This document shows positions 48,743-56,889 of a stretch of 64,000 bases of DNA, in pieces. A model generated the notes under the pieces. The model worked only from the letters and a program-made list of their open reading frames with translations. It was not told where the DNA came from and made no database searches. This DNA is from Gammaproteobacteria bacterium (lineage in GTDB: Bacteria; Pseudomonadota; Gammaproteobacteria; Eutrophobiales; Eutrophobiaceae). The position numbers were made by a program, and so were the translations under genes. The first letter of the stretch is position 1, and every line of letters begins with the position of its first letter. The DNA lies in contig CBDCTH010000012.1 in the NCBI GenBank assembly GCA_965222155.1, positions 1,088,001 through 1,152,000 of the forward strand, in the 5' to 3' direction.

Positions 48743-50320
48743 ATGAGCGCCGTGCTGGAAAAAGAAACCCTGAAAAATAATGTTCGCCCCTACACCGGCG
48801 ATGAATTTCTTGCGGACCTGAAAGATGATCGGGAAATCTGGATCTATGGTAAGCGCGTTAAGGATGTAACGGAGCACCCTGCCTTTCGTAATCCTGCCCG
48901 GATGATGGCGCGGCTGTACAACGCGTTGCATAACGAGAAGGAATACCCGCACCTGCGAACCGATACGGATACCGGCAACGGCGGCTTTACCCATCCCTAT
49001 TTTAAAGTGGCGCGAACGCGTGAGGAAGTGATTGCGCAACGTGAAGCGATTGCCCAATGGGCGCGCCTGACGTATGGCTGGATGGGACGTACCCCTGACT
49101 ATAAGGCCAGCCTCATGCTCACCCTGGGATTTAACCCGGAATACTTCGGTGATTATGCCGGGAACGCCTTGAACTGGTACAGGAATTCACAGGAACGCGT
49201 GCCTTTTTTGAATCATGCCCTGGTCAATCCCCCGGTAGACCGCAATAAATCCCATGAGGAGATAGAGGACGTTTATATGCACTGCGTCAAGGAAACTGAC
49301 GAAGGCATCATTATTTCCGGCGCCAAGGTGGTGGCCACCGGGTCGGCATTGACCCATTACAATTTTCTCGGACAGTACGGGCCGATACCCGTCAGAGACA
49401 AACGCTTTGCCATAAGCGGCATGCTGAAAATGAATACCCCCGGTGTCAAGCTGCTTTGCCGTCCTTCATACTCGTATGCGGCTGAAGTAATGGGCAGTCC
49501 GTTCGATAACCCGCTGTCGAGTCGGCTGGATGAAAACGATGCGATCCTGATACTGGACAATGCCCTGATGCGCTGGGAGGATATCTTCATTTACCAGGAC
49601 CTGGACGCGGCCAGCACTTTCCTGGGCACATCCGGCTGGGCCTATACATTTGCGTTTCATGGTTGTACCCGTCTCGCGGTCAAGTTTGATTTTATTACCG
49701 GATTATTCATGAAGGCCCTGGAGATCACCGGCACAAAGGATTTTCGCGGCGTACAGGTGGCAATCGGTGAAATGATCGTCTGGCGCCACCTGTTCTGGGC
49801 GTTATCGGACGCCATGTGCGGTATGCCCGACGATTTCAAGGGAGCAAAAGTGCCGAACGGTAATGCCGGCCATGTGTACCGGGTACTGATGACCATGGCC
49901 TATCCCCGGGCAAAGGAGTTGATAGAGAACATGGTCGCCAGCGGTCTGATTTACCTGAATTCCCATGCCACGGATTTTAACGTACCGGAGTTGAAGGGTT
50001 ACTTGGACAAATACCTGCGGGGTTCCTACGGTCATAATGCGGAAGACAGGGTCAAGACCATGCGCCTGCTATGGGATGCCATCGGCACGGAGTTCGGCGG
50101 TCGCCACGAACTGTATGAGCGCAACTATTCCGGTAATAATGAAAACATCCGAATCGAAGCATTATGGTCAGCACAGGGTTCCGGCCTGGATAAACAACTC
50201 AAGGACTTTGCCCAGCAGTGTATGGATGAATATGACGTCAACGGCTGGACTGTGGCTGATCTTGTCAACCCGTATGACGTGAATTTATTCATGAAAAAAT
50301 CCGCAGATGCCGCAGATTAA
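48743..50320 (+). CDS. Two-component flavin-dependent monooxygenase, oxygenase subunit (HpaB/PheA1 type)
   Basis: RPYTGDEFL..L.D.REIWIYG.RV.DVT.HPAFRN, YGWMGRTPDYKA, NHALVNPPVDR, SSRLDENDAI, EFGGRHELYERNYSG. ATG starts 2 nt after the rdhA stop. Confidence 0.9.
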   Translation: MSAVLEKETLKNNVRPYTGDEFLADLKDDREIWIYGKRVKDVTEHPAFRNPARMMARLYNALHNEKEYPHLRTDTDTGNGGFTHPYFKVARTREEVIAQREAIAQWARLTYGWMGRTPDYKASLMLTLGFNPEYFGDYAGNALNWYRNSQERVPFLNHALVNPPVDRNKSHEEIEDVYMHCVKETDEGIIISGAKVVATGSALTHYNFLGQYGPIPVRDKRFAISGMLKMNTPGVKLLCRPSYSYAAEVMGSPFDNPLSSRLDENDAILILDNALMRWEDIFIYQDLDAASTFLGTSGWAYTFAFHGCTRLAVKFDFITGLFMKALEITGTKDFRGVQVAIGEMIVWRHLFWALSDAMCGMPDDFKGAKVPNGNAGHVYRVLMTMAYPRAKELIENMVASGLIYLNSHATDFNVPELKGYLDKYLRGSYGHNAEDRVKTMRLLWDAIGTEFGGRHELYERNYSGNNENIRIEALWSAQGSGLDKQLKDFAQQCMDEYDVNGWTVADLVNPYDVNLFMKKSADAAD

Positions 50321-50329
50321 ACCGTTAAA

Positions 50330-50689
50330 GCCACAGAGGACACAGAGGACACAGAGGATACAGAGAACACAGAGAACACAGAGGATACAGAGGATACAGA
50401 GAACACAGAGAACACAGAGAACACAGAGGATACAGAGGATACAGAGAACACAGAGGACACAGAGTTAGCCAGAAGACGTCATTCCGGGCTTGGCCCGGAA
50501 TCCAGTAAACAAATATACCTTATAAATAATGAATAATTTATTGACTGGATTCTGGCATTCGCCAGAATGACAGGAATGGCGGGAATGACAGGAATGGCGG
50601 GAATGGCAGGAATGGCGAGAATGGCAGGAATGGCGAGAATGGCAGGAATGGCAGAAATCCGTTTCTGTGCTCTCTGTGTCCTCTGTGGC
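50330..50689. repeat. Nested composite repeat with expanded 9 bp tandem runs
   Basis: About 15 x ACAGAG(G/A)A(C/T) at 50333-50464; family A doublet at ~50478-50570; about 10 x GAATG(G/A)C(A/G)G; CTCTGTGTCCTCTGTGGC. Confidence 0.9.
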
Positions 50690-50707
50690 ATAAAAAATAT
50701 ACGTCTT

Positions 50708-52018
50708 ATGCAAATAATCATGTCATTGCAAACCCTGACTCACATATTGTTTTTCTACTTACTGGCAAGCTCCGCCGTGGTAAGGGCAGACGTTATCGAG
50801 CAGTCGTTTGCCGTTGACCATGAGAAAACCGCATCGCTCAATCCCGCGCCCGGTACGGTTATTACAAAAGAAAACGTTGCTTCGTTCAGTACTATTCTCG
50901 CACCGAAACTTGCGGAGTTGATCAATGATGAATTTTTGACGATCACCACGGGCGAGGCTCTATCCTTTGCCACGCACCCTGCCTACCTGGAGGCCACCAG
51001 GCACTACCTGGACACAACCGAGCTTGGGGAAGAACCGGGAATTATTCGCAACTACGTGGCCGGCAGGCCGTTCCCCCGGGAACCACAGCTTGATGATCCC
51101 AGGGCAGGAGACAAGCTGGCCTGGAACCTGCGTTATACCTATATATACGACAGTGGAGAACTCTCAAGCTTTTATTGGCAGTATAAGAGTATCCTCAGAG
51201 ACAAGCTGGAAAGGGAGTTATCTTTCTATGCAAGCTCCATGAAGTTCATGCACAGGCACGTACAGGAACCCATCCCCTCTATGCCTAACAATCCTTCACA
51301 GGTCTATCATGGGCTTTACCTGAAGGTATTGGCGCCCCCGGATTTGCGCGGGACACAATTACTGGTGCAACGCCTGGAAGATGACACCAAGCAGGAGCAA
51401 ACCTGGCTTTACCTTTCCAGCCACCGCCGAGTCCGGCGCCTGGCGTCCGGTCAGACAACGGACGCGTTTCTGGGCAGTGATATCATGATAGAGGATTTTC
51501 TCGGTTATAACGGTCGTATCATGGACCAGAAATGGACTTACAAGGGGGTTACCTGGGTATTGTTGCCGTTCTTTAATCATGATCAGCAACCTCTGGTAGA
51601 TGCAGGGCAGCAATTGGACGGTTTTCAATTTATCGGTTTCCATGGCAAGGGCGGCTGTTTTCCGAATGTCACCTGGCACCTGCGTAAGGCCTATATCCTG
51701 GAAGCAGAGCCGTACTGGAAACAGCATCCTTTGTCGAAACGGCGTTATTACCTGGATGCCCAGACGATGCTGCCGGTTTACGGGCATATCTTCGACAGGC
51801 CCGGCAACCTGTGGAAAGTCGCCATCGCCGCTTACTCTCACCCGGACCGGCATCACCCATCCAACCTGGGTTCGGGCACGCCTATCATCGATGCGGTCTC
51901 CATGATTGACATCCAGGCCCTGCACTGCACGACCCTCCAATTCAAGGCAGTACTACCGGAGAAAGCATTTCGCGAGACGGATTTCACTGTGCAGGCTTTA
52001 CGCGCCAAGGGGCGCTGA
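50708..52018 (+). CDS. Second DUF1329-family periplasmic protein
   Basis: Paralogue of 44121-45428 (AGRPFP..AGDKLAWN, WLYL..RRVRRL, D.FLGSDI.IEDF.GYN). True start is 50708 or 50720; the ORF-track N-terminus is translated repeat. Confidence 0.85.
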   Translation: MQIIMSLQTLTHILFFYLLASSAVVRADVIEQSFAVDHEKTASLNPAPGTVITKENVASFSTILAPKLAELINDEFLTITTGEALSFATHPAYLEATRHYLDTTELGEEPGIIRNYVAGRPFPREPQLDDPRAGDKLAWNLRYTYIYDSGELSSFYWQYKSILRDKLERELSFYASSMKFMHRHVQEPIPSMPNNPSQVYHGLYLKVLAPPDLRGTQLLVQRLEDDTKQEQTWLYLSSHRRVRRLASGQTTDAFLGSDIMIEDFLGYNGRIMDQKWTYKGVTWVLLPFFNHDQQPLVDAGQQLDGFQFIGFHGKGGCFPNVTWHLRKAYILEAEPYWKQHPLSKRRYYLDAQTMLPVYGHIFDRPGNLWKVAIAAYSHPDRHHPSNLGSGTPIIDAVSMIDIQALHCTTLQFKAVLPEKAFRETDFTVQALRAKGR

Positions 52019-52022
52019 GCGG

Positions 52023-52340
52023 GTGCACAAGATAACGCTGGTATGCGCCGGGGAACGGGCTGATTTTAATTGTGCAGATAAGGCGTCGATACTGAAGTCT
52101 GCCTATGCGGCCGGATTTCAGTTGGCCTGTGGCTGCCTGCAGGGTCGTTGCAGGACGTGTCGTGCGCGCTTGCTGAAAGGCAGTGTAAGATCGCTTCGCC
52201 CTCTATCAAGATATGCTACTATTGACCCGGCAAACCTTGAGGATGGAAGCGTGCTGCTGTGTTCTGTTACGCCACTTGAGGATATAGATATTGAGCCTCA
52301 CTCAAAGTGGGAACCTGGACGAAACTGTAACACGGAGTAA
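52023..52340 (+). CDS. Plant-type 2Fe-2S ferredoxin (XylT-like)
   Basis: GCLQGRCRTC (C-x4-C-x2-C) plus VLLC; GTG start at 52023. Confidence 0.8.
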   Translation: MHKITLVCAGERADFNCADKASILKSAYAAGFQLACGCLQGRCRTCRARLLKGSVRSLRPLSRYATIDPANLEDGSVLLCSVTPLEDIDIEPHSKWEPGRNCNTE

Positions 52341-52427
52341 CAGGATGCGCAGGACAGATGATATATGTCCGGTAATCCTGTATATCCTGTCCATCCATGT
52401 AAAAAATACGATATAAGGGGACTAATC

Positions 52428-53297
52428 ATGCGTGATTTTACTATCGATAACCTGACGGAAATTGTGCTGGAGGAATACGGTTCCAAAACAGAAGATCCCA
52501 GGTTCAGACAAATTATCACTTCATTAATCAAACACGTGCACGCCTTTGTCAAAGACGTGGAACTGACGGAAGAGGAATGGTTCAAGGCAATCATGTTTTT
52601 AACCAGGACCGGCCAGACCTGCGATGACAAGCGCCAGGAGTTTATCCTGTTATCGGACGTGCTGGGTGTGTCCATGCTGGTAGATGCGATCAACCACCCC
52701 AAGTCGGGCAGGGGGACGGAATCCACGGTACTGGGACCGTTTTACGTAGCGGGCGCGCCGGAATATGAAAACGGCGCCAGCATCATAAAACAGCAATATG
52801 CCGCTCAAGTCGCATTGGTACAGGGGAAAGTGACGGACCCCGACGGCGCCTCCATAGCCGGCGCAAAACTGGATGTGTGGCAGACTGCCGCCAATGGCTA
52901 TTATGATGTACAGGATCAGTCCATGCCCGAAAATAATATGCGCGGTATTTTCACTACAGATACAGAGGGTAACTATACCTTTGTGACGGAAAAGCCGTTG
53001 TCCTACTCCATACCAACGGATGGCCCCGTCGGCGATCTGCTCAGGACCAGCCGACGCCACGGCATGAGGCCCGCCCATATCCATTTCGTCGTGTCGGCGG
53101 ACGGCTATGAGCCGTTGACGACCCATGTATTTTCTGATGGCGATGAATACCTGGACTCGGACGCGGTGTTTGCCACCAAGAGTTCACTGATCGGCTATTA
53201 CACGGAGTCCGATGACGCTGATCTGGCGACCCGCTATAATCTTTCCGTACCGTTCAGCCACCTGCAATTTGATATGGGTCTGATGCCGACCCGATAA
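52428..53297 (+). CDS. Intradiol ring-cleavage dioxygenase, hydroxyquinol 1,2-dioxygenase-like
   Basis: RQEFILLSDVLGVSMLVD, TESTVLGPFY, VWQ..NGYYD.QD, YSIPTDGPVG, RPAHIHF (Tyr/His iron ligands). Confidence 0.9.
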   Translation: MRDFTIDNLTEIVLEEYGSKTEDPRFRQIITSLIKHVHAFVKDVELTEEEWFKAIMFLTRTGQTCDDKRQEFILLSDVLGVSMLVDAINHPKSGRGTESTVLGPFYVAGAPEYENGASIIKQQYAAQVALVQGKVTDPDGASIAGAKLDVWQTAANGYYDVQDQSMPENNMRGIFTTDTEGNYTFVTEKPLSYSIPTDGPVGDLLRTSRRHGMRPAHIHFVVSADGYEPLTTHVFSDGDEYLDSDAVFATKSSLIGYYTESDDADLATRYNLSVPFSHLQFDMGLMPTR

Positions 53298-53310
53298 AAA
53301 GGGGAGATTT

Positions 53311-53462
53311 ATCCGCAGATTACGCAGATTTACGCAGATTAAAATCAATCTTTAGAGGAACAGATAAAATCCACTGTATATGCAACTATATTTACGCTAA
53401 TAATCACACAGTTTTTTTATCTGTTGTATTCTTATCTGCGAAAATCTGCGTAATCTGCGGAT
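53311..53462. repeat. Inverted doublet of (CGCAGATT)n arms (family D)
   Basis: ATCCGCAGATTACGCAGATTTACGCAGAT ... ATCTGCGAAAATCTGCGTAATCTGCGGAT. Confidence 0.8.
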
Positions 53463-53468
53463 ACTCCT

Positions 53469-54692
53469 ATGTATGACCTGTTGAAGGATCTGCGCATCGT
53501 TGAAGGCTCTGCCTTTGTCGCTGCGCCGCTGGGGGGCATGACCCTGGCGCAACTGGGGGCGGATGTCATACGCTTTGACCCTATCGGTGGTGGGCTGGAC
53601 TATCGGCGCTGGCCGGTGACGAGTGCGGGACAAAGTCTGTACTGGGCGGGTCTGAACAAGGGCAAGCGCTCTATTGCCATCGATTTACGCTCCCCCGAAG
53701 GAAAAGAACTCGCCGTTTCTCTGATAACCGGGGACGCCCCCAACGCGGGGATTTTCCTGACCAACTTCCCGCAGTCGGACTGGCTGGATTATACGACGCT
53801 GAAGAAGCGGCGTAATGACTTGATCATGGTACAGGTGCAGGGAAATCCGGATGGGAGCAGCGCGGTCGACTATACGATCAATTCCGCAACGGGTATTCCC
53901 TATGCGACAGGACCGGCAGATGAGCCGGCGCCGGTCAACCACATGTTTCCGGCCTGGGATGCGCTGACAGGCATCAATGCAGCGCTGGCAGTGGTAGTCG
54001 CAGAGCGCCAACGGCGACTTGCCGGCGCCGGCCAACTGATCAGGCTGGCGCTGTCGGATATTGCGTTTTCCATGGTGGGCAACCTGGGACACATCGCCGA
54101 AGCGCAAATCAATGGTGCAGAACGTCAAGCTATCGGTAACCGGTTGTACGGTGCGTTCGGCCACAATTTTAAAACCAGGGACGGACATGAGATCATGCTG
54201 GTGGCCATCACCCGCAGACAATGGCGGAACCTGGTCACGGCATCTCAACTTGAGCAGGAGTTTAAAAAGATAGAAACCGAACGTGGATTGAAACTCGACC
54301 AGGAAGGTGATCGTTACCAGGCTACGGATGCCCTTATCGGTTTATTGGAACCGTGGTGTGCGCGGCATGACCTTGCGGAGTTGGCTTCGATATTCGATTC
54401 CCACGGTGTGTGCTGGGGACCGTACCAGACTTTTTCCGAACTGGTAAATCATGATCCGCGCTGCTCTGAGAAGAATCCCGTTTTTGCAACGGTTCGCCAA
54501 CCCGGTATAGGTGAATACCTGATGCCCGGTTCACCTCTGCGCTTTGAGGCGGAACCGCGCCAACCGGTCACGCCGGCGCCGCAACTCGGCGCCGATACCG
54601 ATGAGATACTCTCCACGATCCTGGGTTTGAGCAGCGCCGCCATCGGCGATCTGCACGACCGGGGAATCGTCGCCGGCATTACAGCTGATTAG
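53469..54692 (+). CDS. mct: Mesaconyl-CoA C1-C4 CoA transferase (2-methylfumaryl-CoA isomerase), CoA-transferase family III
   Basis: EGSAFVAAPLGGMTLAQLGADVIRFDPIGGGLDYRRWP, SLYWAGLNKGKRS, AVDYT.N, PVNH..PAWD. Confidence 0.8.
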   Translation: MYDLLKDLRIVEGSAFVAAPLGGMTLAQLGADVIRFDPIGGGLDYRRWPVTSAGQSLYWAGLNKGKRSIAIDLRSPEGKELAVSLITGDAPNAGIFLTNFPQSDWLDYTTLKKRRNDLIMVQVQGNPDGSSAVDYTINSATGIPYATGPADEPAPVNHMFPAWDALTGINAALAVVVAERQRRLAGAGQLIRLALSDIAFSMVGNLGHIAEAQINGAERQAIGNRLYGAFGHNFKTRDGHEIMLVAITRRQWRNLVTASQLEQEFKKIETERGLKLDQEGDRYQATDALIGLLEPWCARHDLAELASIFDSHGVCWGPYQTFSELVNHDPRCSEKNPVFATVRQPGIGEYLMPGSPLRFEAEPRQPVTPAPQLGADTDEILSTILGLSSAAIGDLHDRGIVAGITAD

Positions 54693-54722
54693 TCACCGGG
54701 ATGTTTACCCCACACTAAGCCA

Positions 54723-56555
54723 ATGCCCGAAGTAATTCGTAACATCGCCATTATCGCTCATGTTGATCACGGCAAGACGACGTTGGTGGATCAATTATTG
54801 AAACAGTCCGGCACTCTGCAGGCGAGAGACATGAGCTCTGTGCGCGTCATGGACTCCAACGACATCGAAAAAGAACGTGGCATCACAATTCTGGCGAAGA
54901 ATACCGCGCTACGATGGAATGACTATCGCATCAACATTATCGATACTCCAGGTCACGCAGACTTTGGCGGAGAAGTGGAAAGAATTTTGTCTATGGTCGA
55001 TTCAGTGCTGTTGCTGGTCGATGCCGTTGAGGGGCCGATGCCACAAACCCGTTTTGTCACACAGAAGGCATTGGCCCGCAAGCTGACCCCTATTGTCGTT
55101 ATAAACAAGATTGATCGCAACGGAGCGCGGCCTGATTGGGTGCTTCATCGCACCTTCGACTTGTTTGATCTTCTTGGCGCCAGCGATGAACAACTGGATT
55201 TCCCGGTGATATATACATCCGCGAAAGAAGGCTACAGCGGCACTGATCCCGGTTGTAAAGACCAGGACATGACCGCCTTATTTGAAACTATCGTAACGAA
55301 AGTCCCGGCGCCCGATGTCAATGAAAATGGCGCTTTTCAATTTCAGGTCAGTGCGCTTGATTACAACAGTTATATAGGGGTAATTGGAATCGGCCGCATC
55401 ACCCGCGGCAAAGTGACATCCAATACACCTGTTTCGATCATTGGTAAAGACAATAAAATACGTAGAGGACGCATTCTGAAGCTGTTTCGTCTGCTCGGTC
55501 TTGAACGAACTGAAATTAATTACGCTTGTGCCGGCGACATTATCGCCATAGCCGGTATTGATGAACTTAATATATCAGATACCTTATGTGAGCCGGACAC
55601 AGTCGACGCCTTACCCCCACTGACCGTTGACGAACCGACGATCACCATGACCTTCCAGGTCAACGACTCGCCCTTTAACGGTCAGGAAGGAAAATACGTC
55701 ACCTCTCGCCAACTCAGCGAGCGATTGTTGCGCGAATTAAAACACAATGTTGCCTTACGCGTTGAAGAAACAGACGACTCCGACAAGTTCAAGGTCTCTG
55801 GTCGCGGCGAATTACACCTGTCCATTCTTATTGAAAATATGCGCAGGGAAAATTATGAGTTCAGTGTCTCTCGCCCTGAAGTTATTATTAAGAATGTCGA
55901 CGGTCAATTATGTGAACCCTATGAACAACTCACCGTTGATATGGAGGTCAGTTATCAGGGAAGCGTTATGGAAATGTTGGGTTCTCGCGCAGGCAGCCTG
56001 CAGGACATGGCGCCGGACGGTAAGGGGCGAATAAGACTTGATTACCTGATCCCCGCCCGCGGTATTATCGGTTTTCGTACTGAATACCTGACGGCAACAG
56101 CAGGTACAGGACTGATGCATTATGTTTTCAACCACTACGGGCCGTTAAAATCGACGCTGAACAATCAAAGAGTCAATGGCGTACTGATTTCCAACGGTAA
56201 GGGTAAGGCACTGGCCTATTCCTTATTCAACTTGCAGCAACGCGGACGGTTACTGATTGAGCCCGGCATGAATGTTTACGAAGGCATGATCGTCGGCATC
56301 CACTCCCGCGATAATGATCTTCTGGTTAATCCACTCAAAGCTAAACAACTCACCAACATTCGTGCTGCCGGCAAAGATGACAATATTTTATTGACCCCGC
56401 CCGTGAAGCATTCGTTGGAGCAGGCACTGGAATTTATCAATGATGACGAACTGGTAGAAATTACACCTGACAATATCCGGTTACGAAAGAAATTACTAAA
56501 GGAGTACGAAAGAAAACGCGCATCCCGTGAAAGCGATATGCGTTTGGCGATTTAG
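54723..56555 (+). CDS. typA: Translational GTPase TypA/BipA
   Basis: [68 protein letters not shown]. Confidence 0.97.
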   Translation: MPEVIRNIAIIAHVDHGKTTLVDQLLKQSGTLQARDMSSVRVMDSNDIEKERGITILAKNTALRWNDYRINIIDTPGHADFGGEVERILSMVDSVLLLVDAVEGPMPQTRFVTQKALARKLTPIVVINKIDRNGARPDWVLHRTFDLFDLLGASDEQLDFPVIYTSAKEGYSGTDPGCKDQDMTALFETIVTKVPAPDVNENGAFQFQVSALDYNSYIGVIGIGRITRGKVTSNTPVSIIGKDNKIRRGRILKLFRLLGLERTEINYACAGDIIAIAGIDELNISDTLCEPDTVDALPPLTVDEPTITMTFQVNDSPFNGQEGKYVTSRQLSERLLRELKHNVALRVEETDDSDKFKVSGRGELHLSILIENMRRENYEFSVSRPEVIIKNVDGQLCEPYEQLTVDMEVSYQGSVMEMLGSRAGSLQDMAPDGKGRIRLDYLIPARGIIGFRTEYLTATAGTGLMHYVFNHYGPLKSTLNNQRVNGVLISNGKGKALAYSLFNLQQRGRLLIEPGMNVYEGMIVGIHSRDNDLLVNPLKAKQLTNIRAAGKDDNILLTPPVKHSLEQALEFINDDELVEITPDNIRLRKKLLKEYERKRASRESDMRLAI

Positions 56556-56560
56556 AAAAA

Positions 56561-56626
56561 ATGGCTCGAATTGACGAACTGTTTCCCGCGTGGCAGGGCA
56601 AGTCCCCAGTCTCGCCTCCCGGGTAG
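56561..56626 (+). pseudogene. 5' fragment paralogous to the start of the hydratase at 60936
   Basis: ATGGCTCGAATTGACGAACTGTTTCCCGCGTGG vs TTGACTCGATTTGACGAACTGTTTCCCGGGTGG (MARIDELFPAW / MTRFDELFPGW). Confidence 0.65.
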
Positions 56627-56889
56627 GGCTAACCTGACTACCCCTCAATATAACAGCCTCCAGACTTGGTGAACTTTAAGATGGTACTGACTGATTTCAT
56701 CATATGACGGAAACGTGGTCAAACGGCAGCCGGACGATACGTGGAAAACACTAATAGATAATCCGTTTCATGCGCATCATATCGGTCTTCTGGATTAAGG
56801 ATACCGACAGAAAACCCATAGTCTAAGACGCGAAATGCCGGCCATGTGCAGGCTTGGCCAGCATTTTGTTGTCAGCTCTGGATAACAGC

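Noticed and set aside
48743-50320. TcpA/TftD/HadA-type dechlorinating para-monooxygenase
   Set aside because: Motifs (YGWMGRTPDYKA, NHALVNPPVDR, ELYERNYSG) resemble the HpaB/PheA1 ortho-hydroxylase branch more closely; a tree is needed to be certain.
50567-50707. MAGMAG repeat N-terminus of DUF1329 as a RiPP precursor or repeat protein
   Set aside because: It is translated intergenic repeat DNA; the signal peptide starts at 50708/50720.
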